NCBI RefSeq assembly: GCF_006345805.1
Contig: NC_043000.1
Coordinates: forward strand, 164,114,001 to 164,178,000
From: Octopus sinensis
Taxonomy: Eukaryota
Direction of reading: 5' to 3'
Length of the DNA stretch: 64,000 nt
Under the pieces are notes generated by a model. The model was not told the origin of the DNA. It did not search any database and worked only from the letters and a program-made list of their open reading frames with translations. Shown piece by piece: positions 12,660 through 23,812 of the stretch (position 1 is the first letter of the stretch; each line of letters begins with the position of its first letter). A program made the position numbers and the translations under genes.

Positions 12660-14072
12660 ACATCATCATCATCATCATCATCATCGTTTAGCATCCGCTT
12701 TCCATGCTAGAATGGGTTGGACAGTTCAACTGGGGTCTGGGAAGCCAGGCAGCTGCACCAGGCTCAGTTTGATCTGGCAATGTTTCTACGGCTGGATGCC
12801 CTTCCTAACACCAACCACTCCATGAGTGTAGTGGGTGCTTTTTACGTGCCACCAGCACAGGTGCCAGACGGGTCTGGCAAACGGCCACGATCAGATGGTG
12901 CTTTTTATGTGCCACGGCACGGGGGCCAGGCGAGGCTGGCAACGGCCACGAAACGGATGGTGCTTTTTACGTGCCACTGGCACGAGGCCAGTCGGAGCGG
13001 CGCTGGCAACGGCCACGAACAGATGGTGCTTTTTACGTGCCACCGGCACGAAGCCAGTCGGGTCGGCGCTGGCAACGGCCACGTTCGGATGGTTCTCTTA
13101 TGTGCCACCGGCACTGGTAAGTAAGCTGCGATTTCCATTGATCGATTTCGATTCTGATTCTCACTTGCCTCAACAGGTCTTCACAAGTAGAGTTTTGTGT
13201 CCCAAGAAGGGAAGGTATGCATAAGTGGACTGGCTACATCCCGTGTAGAAGGCCACGGGTTATGGTCTCATTTGTCCTGCCGGGTCTTCTCACGCACAGC
13301 ATACTTCCAGAGGTCTCGGTCTCTAGTCATTTCCTCAGTGAGACCCAAAGTTCGAAGGTCGTGCTTCACCACCTCGTTCCAGGTTTTCCTGGGTCTGCCT
13401 CTTCCACAGGTTCCCTCAACTGCTAGGGTGTAGCACTTTTTCACACAACTATCTTCATCAATTCTCGCTACATGTCCATACCAGCGCAATCGTCTCTCTT
13501 GCACACCACATCTGATGCTTCTTAGGTCCAGCTTTTCTCTCAAGGTACTTACACTCTGTCGAGTATGAACACTGACATTACACATCCATCGGAGCATACT
13601 GGCTTTGTTTCTTGCAAGCTTACGCATATCCTCAGCAGTCACGGCCCATGTTTCAATGCCATGTAGCATGGCTGTTTGTACACACGCGTCATACAGTCTG
13701 CCTTTTACTCTGAGCGAGAGGCCTTTTGTCACCAGCAGAGGTAAGAGCTCTCTGAACTTTGCCCAAGCTATTCTTACTCTAGCAGTTACACTTTCAGCAC
13801 ACCCGCCCCCGCTGCTGACTTGGTCACCTAGGTAACGGAAGCTATCAACTATTTCTAGTTTTTCTCCCTGGAAAGTGACAGAAGTTGGTCTCAGAGCATT
13901 TTCAGTGTTTATTGCTCCTGAGCATCTGCCACATACAAAAACTATTTTCCTAGTTAGCCTTCCTTTGACATTGCTGCACCTCTTATGTGTCCATAGCTTA
14001 CACTTGGTGCATCTTATAGAGTTCCTACCTACGCCTTTTCTACAGATCCAGCAGGGCCATCTACCTGAAGGC

Positions 14073-14082
<10 letters not shown>
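12660..14082 (-). mobile_element. 5'-truncated RTE-clade LINE: Zn-finger/RT C-terminus, 3' UTR, (GAT)n tail
   Basis: ORF 13268-14082 reads PCWICRKGVGRNSIRCTKCKLWTHKRC, LEIVDSFRYLGD, RRLRWYGHVAR, GRGRPRKTW. Open frame to the stop, followed by the 3' UTR and tail. Confidence 0.92.
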
Positions 14083-14120
<38 letters not shown>

Positions 14121-14142
14121 TATATACATATATACATATATA

Positions 14143-14305
14143 CGATGGGCTTCTTTCAATTTCCGTCTACCAAATCCACTCACAAGGCTTTGGTCAGCCC
14201 GAGGCTATAGTAGAAGACACTTGCCCAAGGTCCCATGCAGTGGGACTGAACCTGGAACCATGTGGTTTGTAAGCAAATTTCTTACCACACAGCCACTCCT
14301 ATGCC
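14143..14305 (-). mobile_element. SINE family B head and core
   Basis: Reverse complement of the 42355-42520 type. Confidence 0.85.
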
Positions 14306-14929
14306 TATTAGTTACTATAGCGGGGGTGGGGGTATATTAGTTACTATTGAGGGTGGGAGTATACTAGTAAAAAGAGGTTAAGGGGAGCATGTATAGAGAC
14401 AGGTAAAGGAATGTAGAATAGTAGATGTGATGATGCCAAATGACCACCAAGTCTGACCAGAGTTGGCAAAAATAGGAAGGATGGGGTAGTGATGATAATA
14501 AAGTGGTTGTAAAAGATAATGAAGATCTCAAGGTGAAGTGAGGGGAGACTTGGGACAGGCCAAATTATAGTGATGCTAGAAATAGATGCTTATAATACTA
14601 AATATGAAATATAAAATTTTAAATTCTAGGGTCCTACAATGAAGGCAATAGAGTGTTAATGGACAATAGGAACTACAAAAAATGTAAAGACCCCCTTTGA
14701 TCATGGGATTGCAACACCAGTTATCAAGCAGTGGTAGGGGACAAACTCAGACACAAAGTCACAGTACATATATACTTACATATAATACAGAAAATGTAGA
14801 AAAGTACATTTTTTCTTACAAGTATGCATACAAGAAAATATACACAGAAAAGAGAAAAGAATATAAAAATATAAAAAAATAAAATTAAAAAATAAAAATA
14901 AAAATTATATATATATATCTATATAAACT

Positions 14930-17900
14930 TAGATAAACTTAGATATGTTTCAACCAAAGATTGGTCCAGGCCATGTCTAACTTAATAGCACCACCTGATA
15001 GGATTATTCAAATCCTGTTTAAGTCAAGTTTTGTTTATGGTCCATTCAAGTAGTGAGTTCTTGTTGGGTGAGTTGTATCCAATTATGGGTGGCTTATCTG
15101 GTATTCTTTGAAGGAATCTATCCAGACTCCGTTTAAAGTTGATGGGATCCTTTTCTTCTTTGATCTCTTTCGGGACAATGTTAAATAGGGCAGGGCCTGT
15201 TGAGGAAAAGAAATTATGTTGCAGTGTACATGTATGCTGTGATCTTGAATTGGGCAGGGGACGTATGGCCCGTGGTTCCAGTCTTGGATGAACCTTGAAG
15301 CTAATGTTCAGGTCGTTTGGGCAAAGTTGGTGGTATATTCTCCACATCGTACAAATGATGTACCGCTCACGGCGACGCTGGAGGGAGTAAAGTTTCAAGG
15401 CTTTAAGGCGATCCCAATAATCGAGAGCAGCCATGCCTTCAATTCATTTAGTGAGAGCCCTCTGGGGTGACTCAATCCTCGTGATATTTTGTCTTGTATG
15501 GGGAGACCACAGTGGGCAGCAGTATTCAAGGTGTGGCCGTACAAAGGAGGAGAAAAGTGGTATGATGACACCTTGTTCTCTGGACCGGAAAGTTCTTAAG
15601 ATCCAGGAACTCATCCTACGAGCTATATCGACCTTCTTGTTGATGTGTGCACTCCAACTGAGATCGTCATCAACAATTACACCCAGGTCTCTGATATTGT
15701 TAGAGGCTGTGAGCGGTTCCCCTGAAGGAAGAGAGTATGGTTGTTTTAGTGAGGAATTTCTTCCAAAATGCATCAGCTCAAATTTTCCCTCATTCAGTTG
15801 CATTTTGTTTCTGTCTGCCCATTGACTCACAGCATATAGATCAGACTGGAGTTGAGTTCGGTCTGCTTCTTCATTGACGATTTGCTGGAGCTTAGTGTCA
15901 TCAGCAAATATTTTCACTTTGCAGTAATGTACGACACTGGAAAGGTTGTTTATGTAGATTATGAAGAGTAGCGGACCCAAGACAGTCCCCTGGGGGACAC
16001 CGCTGGTGACTTTTGCTGGGCTTGAGTGGACTCCATCAACTACAACATGTTGTGTTCTATTCGCCAGGAAATACTTGGTCCAGTGTGGAACTTTTCCGCG
16101 GATTCCAACATTTGCCAATTTTGAGAGTAGGATATTATGGTCTACCCTGTCGAACGCTTTACTGAAGTCAAGATATATGACATCAGAGTTCGAACCTGTT
16201 CCCAAGGCTTTGAGTACATCTTCAATGTGGTGTAAGAGTCCCTGCCTCAGCGAAAGCCATGCTGATTTGCATTTAGGAGCTTGTGGGTCTCCAGGAAGTC
16301 AGCTATCCTTGATCTTAACACTCTTTCAAACACTTTAATGATGTGGGGGGTGAGTGAGATTGGGCGATAGTTGACTGCGAGGGATCTGCTTCCCTGTTTG
16401 AAAACCGGGATGACTGACTGGGATAGAAGCTGTTTCGGTATATAACCTGCGTCTAACGAATTTCTCCAGAGGTTGGTCAGAGGGACTGCAAGTTGGTGTC
16501 TACATTCCTTCAGGAGACTAGCGAGGAATCTATCAGGGCCTACAGCAGAATAGTATTTGACCTCATTTATTGCTGCTGTGATGTCAGTGGCAGTGAAGGT
16601 TATGTCTGAGATTTTATGTTGGGAGTCAACTTCGTTCGCTTCTCTTGCGTCAATATCAGTGGGAACACTAAAGACAGAGCAGTATTGTTTCTGCAGTATT
16701 TCTGCCATTTCTTTAGCATCATGTTGGGGAATGCCGTTATCATCAATCAATGGCCCAATGGGTGAGACAGTGGTTCTATGCTTATTTGCATAAGAATAGA
16801 ACACTTTTGGGTTCTGTTTGATGTTTTTGATTACCCACTGTTCCTCCACAGCTCTTTGATTTTCAATGGAGGTTTTCATGTCGTTCTGTAGATGAAGTTT
16901 TTCCAGCTCTAGCCTTTTCATTGTTGTTGAATGTGGATGTTGTGTGTGGGAATATTTTAATTGGTTGATTTTGTTTGTTGAGTCTTTTGATGCGCCTGAT
17001 GAGTGTTTTTTTCTTTTTAGGGAGCCGGTTTCTGTTTGTGTTAGTAGATTTCGTGGGAGCGTGTTTAGCGCATGTATAGGTGACAATGTTTTCAAAGTGC
17101 TGCCATGCGGTCTCAGTATGGGTGGAATTGAGAGTAAAAGACCAGTCGATGGAAGACAGATCCTTTCTGGTTGCTCCCTAGTCCGCTTTGTGGAAGTTTA
17201 TGTTGTCAAATGAGTGCCATGGAGTGGGATTGGCTGGTTTGGTTTTTATATGTCGGGAATTGAAATTGCAGAGTATCATGTCGTGGTCTGAGAGGAGAGT
17301 TTTTTCAACTGAAATACTGTGAACGAAACTAGAGTGATTGGTCAATACCAGATCCAAGATCGTTTTATTCTGTCTCGTTGGTTCGAGGACTAACTGAGTC
17401 AGGAAGTATTCATCCATTAGATTAAAGAGCAGTTCTGCTGCTGCTCTATCTGATGTAGAGCATTTGCCTAACTTCAGAGTATTTGTGGGCCAGTTCACAT
17501 GAGGGAGGTTAAAATCACCCATCACTAGTATGTTTCCGGAGTTGCACTTCCGAAGGAAGGACTTGACTTTGCTAAAGCACTCTTCAAAGCACTTTAGAGG
17601 TGCTTGGGGAGGCCTGTAAAGACCAACAATGATTATGTCCTTGACCTTGCTGAATAATGATACAGATTCACAATAGCCATTGGAAAATATGTCCTTGGCA
17701 TCAAGTGAAAAGGAGTCATGGATAAAGATGGCTGTCCCTCCCTTATTTCGGTCTGTGCGATCCGCACGAACAATGGTGAAATCTTTTATTTCCACCTTGG
17801 CGTCCATATGGGTGTTGTTCAGGTGAGTTTCAGTAAGGATAAAGAAAGGGAAGCAATGTGCCGTTTTGGCAAGCCAACTCTCTATATATGGGATCTTCCA

Positions 17901-17990
17901 TTTTTGAGCAATAATTGATGGGTTGATGCCTCGTACATTTAACAGGAATGTCGAGGTAAGGGGAGTTTGATGTTTGCCTTGTTCTAAGTT
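14930..17990 (-). mobile_element. CR1/L2-group LINE, nearly full ORF2 (APE endonuclease + RT), frameshifted
   Basis: EN motifs FLLNVRGIN, RADRTDRNKGGTA, VMGDFNLP, LDLVLTN, LSDHDMI. RT motifs YRPISLT, YLDFSKAFD, SGVPQGTVLGPLLF, FADDTKL. Split into ORFs 17178-17807, 16247-17095, 15444-16205 and 15024-15434. Confidence 0.93.
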
Positions 17991-18249
17991 GTGTTTTATG
18001 TTGCTCAGTTGTATATATATGTATATATAAAGGCAACAAGGAGGAGGAGGACAAAAGGAAGGAAGAAAGAAGGCAAAGAAGGGGAAGGAGAAGAGAAAAA
18101 AGTAAATAAAATCAAGAAAAATATATAAATAAAAATAAGATTAATAGTAATTGAGAAGAATGGAAAATTTAGGAATGATCAGTATTTTTGTGTTCTGGTC
18201 AAGAGTTGGCCTGTGTGGTGAGGGTCAGCCATTCAATTCTCAAAGGTGG

Positions 18250-18574
18250 GATGGTGCATACACACACCACACACATGCATATATACACGCATACACACAC
18301 ATATATACACACACATATATACACACACATATATGTTTATACATATACACATGCATATACACACACTCTCATACATACATATATATATCCATATATACAC
18401 ATGTATACAAATATACATATATACATGCACACACATATACATATATATATGTATATAAATATATATATGTACACACACATACATATATGTACATATATAT
18501 GCACATGTGCATACATATGTATATATTCACACACACACATATATATACATACACCTGTACATATGGACACACTA

Positions 18575-18614
<40 letters not shown>

Positions 18615-18620
18615 ACATAT
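18250..18620. repeat. Compound (CA)/(TA)/(TACA) microsatellite
   Basis: Directly visible; it generates spurious His/Thr/Tyr/Ile ORFs. Confidence 0.95.
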
Positions 18621-20890
18621 CACGGTTATCAATTGCACTACGGAGGAACCTCTAGGTGACTCTGATCATGCTATGATCATCGCCAATCTGGCTCTTGCGG
18701 GCAACAAACACCTGAACCATCTCCAATCTGCTTCCTGCGATTGGAAGAGAGCAGATTGGAACCTGTACCACACTGAACTACAGTACCCAAACTGGCGTGA
18801 ATTCTACAACTCTGGAGATGTGAATACTATACTCCAGAGTATCCTGGACTCAATATGGGCAGCATGTGCAGCATCAGTGCCACGTAAACAAAAAAAGAAG
18901 AACCGCCCCAAAAGGGCAATTTGGGAAACTTCAACGGTCCGACTTGCCAGGAAGGAACGTCGGACTGCTGAACGGGAATACAAGTTGCATAAATCAGACA
19001 CCAACAGAAAGAAGCGGAATAAATCTTCCAACCATCTCAAGCAAGTGACAAAAAAAGCAGTGCTTGAATTTGAACAGTGCATAGCAGCCAATCCTGACAG
19101 CAAGGTTTTCTGGAAATATGTGCATTCAAAGCAGAGACCTCACTCTCCAGTGGGCCCTCTTCGCAACCCTCACACAAACCAGATCACTGACGACCCCAAG
19201 GAATGCGCAGAACTCATTGCCGAGTGCTATGCAAACATATTCACTGTTGAAAATCAAAATGTACCATCTTCACCATCACTAACAGCAAACTCCATAACAA
19301 CTATGGAATTTACACCTGCAATGCTGCGACGTCACCTTCAAAATAAGCGCAACTATGCCTCCCTTGGTCTCGATGGAGTTACATACCTGCTTCTCAAACG
19401 TGGCAGGCACTTCCTTTTACACCAGCTTTCTATTTTCTTCCAGTACTGCCTCAACAATGGTGCTACTCCGGAACAGTGGAAAACTGCCAGTGTCATTCCT
19501 CTGTTCAAAAAGGGCGACCGCACATTACCTGTCAACTATCGCCCAGTCAGTCTCACTAGCTGTATTGCAAAACTGATGGAATCGTGTGTCAGAGAAACAC
19601 TCTGGAACTTCTGGAGCTCTCACAGTCTCATCCGACCCTCACAATATGGATTTGTCCCTAACTCCAGCTGCAGTGATCAGCTTGTCGAGTTCCTTGAGGA
19701 CATTACTCAGATCACTGACAGTGGCTCATGGGTGGATGTTGTCTACCTTGACTTTGCTAAGGCTTTCAACTCTGTGCCACACAAAAGGCTTATGGTGAAA
19801 CTCTCTGCAATGGGTGTGGGGGATGACCTTTTTAACTGGTTGAAATCCTTCATCCTCAGCCGAAAGGAGGTAGTCACAGTTCTAGGACAGCACTCTACAC
19901 CATATGAGATGTCATCGGGTGTACCACAGGGATCTGTCCTTGGTCCCCTCCTGTTTGTGGCATACATTAATGACATAGATGCCAATTTAAAGAATGCCAC
20001 AGTATTGAAATATGCAGACGACATCAAGCTGTACCTTGAAATCAAGAGGACTGATCCTGATGTCTACAACTCTTTCCTGCAATCAGACCTAGACACAATG
20101 CAGCAATGGATCACAGAGTGGCAACTGAAACTAGCTGTGGACAAGTGTACCACCATGCATTTTGGGAGAAAAAACCCTGCGTCCACATACTCCCTCCACA
20201 ACACTGATATCAAGAAATCCTCTTGCGAGCGTGACCTAGGCATCACTGTCAGCAGTGATTTGCGTTGGACAAAGCATATCTCTAAAATTGTCAAGAAGGC
20301 CGAGGGTGTCTTGGCATCACTCAGCAAGACTTTTGTTAGCCGCTCTCCAGCCATCTATTTAAAACTGTATACAGCTATGGTACGACCGCACTTGGAATTC
20401 GTATCATCAGTTTGGAATCCCTATCTTGCTCAGAACATTGACCTCCTGGAATCTGTCCAGAGACGTGCAACCAAACGCATACCCTCCATCAGACACCTAC
20501 CATATTCTGAGCGCCTTGTTTCCCTGGGCATGGATTCACTGAAGCTCCAGCGTCTGGCGACGGACTTGGTAAACACCCACAAGGTTATCAACCACCTCAC
20601 CAACAACAACACTGAACACCTTTTTGATCTCCATGTGTCTAACACACGTGGACATGCCTACAAAGTCAGAAAACAGCACAGCTCCCATGACTTTCGGAAA
20701 CATTTTTTCACGCTCAGAGTTGCTGAAGCATGGAATAAACTGCCTGCGTCAGTTGTTGACTGCCATGACACTGCATCCTTTAAGGCCCTCATGCTTCCCG
20801 AAATCCGTCGAAACTACACCTGATTATATATACACTTTAGATGAGTTGTAGTGCACCTGAGCACTGTACACAATTATTATTATTATTTTT
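18619..20890 (+). mobile_element. CR1/L2-group LINE, 5'-truncated, uninterrupted 734-codon EN-end + RT ORF
   Basis: EPLGDSDHAMI (EN end), YRPVSLTS, YLDFAKAFN, SSGVPQGSVLGPLLF, YADDIKL, NTRGH. Stop at 20823, then a short (ATT)n tail. Confidence 0.95.
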
Positions 20891-20964
20891 TTTTTTTATT
20901 ATTATATATATACATACATACACAAATATACATATATATACATACAAAAACACACATCCAAGTA

Positions 20965-21490
20965 CATGATGGTCGTCCACACGTGACCGAAGGAGACCAT
21001 TGCTTACCTTCAGGAACATTGTGCGCTCTAGGATTAATATTTTGTATTTGCAGCTCCGTTGGTGGCTAATGAGGCCTGCTCTAAACAAGCACACACGACT
21101 GCAAACATTGCAGACCAAGCTTTCCCCATTCACTACACCAGCCATGTGCTTCTGGGCAGTACACTTAAGTTCTTCATGCAGAATACATACTCTCTCAAAA
21201 GTGTTGAACCCCTCCTTAACCTGCTTCCTCCATCTGTGGCGATGACAGGCATTGTTCTCTCAGTCAGTGTCCTGCATATCACAGGCCTTTAACGAGGACT
21301 TGACACAGTCCTTAAATCACAGCCTTGGTTTCTGCTGGAGTCTCTTTCCATTCACAAGTTCCCTGTATAGCATCTGCTTAGGGATCCTGCAATCTTTCAT
21401 TCTAATAAAGTGTCCAGTCCAACGTAACCGGTGCCTGTGCACCATCGCCTCAATACTCAAGATATCAGCTGTCCTCAGGTCCTGTATTTC
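20965..21490 (-). mobile_element. RTE/BovB-like LINE 3' fragment
   Basis: SIEAMVHRHRLRWTGHFIRMKDCRIPKQMLY and a C-terminal CNVCSRVC...GLISHQRSC zinc finger; frameshifted. Confidence 0.85.
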
Positions 21491-22864
21491 CTCCGGCTCT
21501 TTATGTTCTGAGTTCAAATTCTGTTGAGGTCAGCTTTGTCTTTCATCCTTCTGGAGTCAATTAAATGAAGTACTAGTCAAGCTACTGGGATTTAAGATAT
21601 TGTCTAACTCATTCCACTTCAAATTACTGGCCTTGTGCCGAAAGCAGAAACTATTATTATTTTTGTTATTCTCATCATCATCACCACCACTACCAGCACC
21701 GCTATCACCTTTTGTTATAAACATAATTCATGAGTTTCAAATGTAATTTTATATTGACAAACTTCAATACTTTACATTCAACTTTATGAAGAATGATAAA
21801 AGGAAAGAGAGAGAGAGAATACTCAAGCCTTATACTGAGCTGGTACATTAATTATTGACTCAATTATACCAATTATTCTCACCCACTCTTGTATGATGTG
21901 AGTAGTCATGAATCTCTCCTCCACACCAAGAAATCTGTTCAGACTCTTTCTTTCATACAGAAACCTTTTATCATTTACCATAAAACTGCTGCCTTCTCTT
22001 CTGTAGCTCCACTAAGCCATTAGAGTTCTTAGTCTTGTGAGCATCCACAACACTCTGTAAAATGGTTGGCATTAGGAGAATCTAGCCATAGAGACCATTC
22101 CAAAGCAGATAGACATTGGAGTTCAGCACAGTTCCCCCAGCCAGCCAGATCCAGTCAAACCACTCAATGCATGTCAACATGGAAGATAAACATTAAAAGA
22201 TGATGGTGATGGCAGTGGTGGTAAATCCTTCATTTTTCTAAGCTAGTCACAGACGAAAGAAGACATGGGAACCTTTGCAAGTCCTCCAAATGCAGTGAGA
22301 TTGATGTGGTTACTTGATATTCTAATTGAACAACTCTAAGTCAATGCTTATAGAAAACACTGACTGGAGAGTGAATTCCAAAGAATTACGGTTGCGTAGG
22401 TAAACTACTATGTGTGCAATCTAGGAGATGAGGCACAGTAAGGGTGAGGGATGCGCATCTAGAAAGTTCAAAGGGGAAGGGACGTTTGTTGCAATAATAG
22501 AGGAGATTGAGAGAGAAAACTGAGTGTTGCCAATCAGTAAGATACAGATTTCATACAGAGTCCAACGTATGTGTGCATACCCACAACACCATTCTGGAAC
22601 ATAAATTAACATGGAATTTTGTGCAAAGGTTTTCATTTAGATCATTTCAAAACATGAAATTTATATCACAAATTCAGGGACAATCTCAGGGAGTTTCGTA
22701 TCGAAAGGGTTAATATATTCATGGAGTCAACCAATTTTATAGGAAGGGTAAAGTGAGTCACTAATTGCTTGTAAACTACTGATTAAATTTACCTTTCCCT
22801 TCCACTGGCACTTAGTCTATTAACACACACTCATTAGTTTTAAGCTTAAGTTAAATTTTGTTAC

Positions 22865-23036
22865 CTGTAAAGAATTTCACAAAATATTCCAAATCTGTCT
22901 TAGTCATAGATTCAATACTGGCCTTGCGCTCAGGTGGAAGTTCAAAATAGGCTTTGTCGGTGAATGCAAACACAGTTCTGGCAATAGAGCTTGTGAAGCT
23001 CTCTTCTATGTTTGCCTTTTGTATTAAATTTGCAAA
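22865..23036 (-). CDS. FAS1-domain protein exon 2
   Basis: Polypyrimidine tract plus CAG acceptor, GTAAC donor, 172 nt (phase 0 to 1). Encodes [67 protein letters not shown] matches the FAS1 H1 motif (TVFAPTNEAF-like). Confidence 0.92.
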
Positions 23037-23071
23037 CTGCCAAAGAAAAAAGAAAAATGCATTTATGTATG

Positions 23072-23179
<108 letters not shown>

Positions 23180-23769
23180 AAATCAGAAAATGGAGAAATA
23201 CATCTAAATCATTAATCAACTACCAGATAATACCCAATCACATACTTTATTGAACCACTACATAAGAACATTAAGGTTAAACATAAAAATATATAACAAA
23301 ACAGCGTACATGAATGAGTGTTATCCCATGGAGGGTTGAATTTGCAACCCCTATCTCAATTTATATATATATATATATATATATAGATTGTTTACAGGAT
23401 CCAATAGAAGTGAGGTATTTTAATAACAAAGTCACCAAGATAGAGTCGAGGGTAGCATACCTGTATATCAACAGTGTGTATGGACACTTATATATTTACT
23501 AAGCATATATAGATTTGGCCTTCCAGTTATGCATGCATCCACAAACCAAATACATCCAATGTATACACAAGATCACGCAAAAGTATACTCTGGCATGCAG
23601 TCTGCAGGTCTTTATGTGATATAGTATAAATAATAACACAAATGGGCGAAGGTTCACTACAGCTGTTTCAGACATGTTTTTTTATTGATAAACAAATCAA
23701 ATGCATCACGTGAAAACACTGTTTCCTTCTTATTTGTTCATCAATAGAAAACTAGCCTGAAACAGCTGT

Positions 23770-23812
<43 letters not shown>

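Noticed and set aside
18151-18618. N-terminal 156 codons of the 890-aa ORF
   Set aside because: This is microsatellite read-through (His/Thr/Tyr/Ile repeats). The real LINE homology starts at about 18619.
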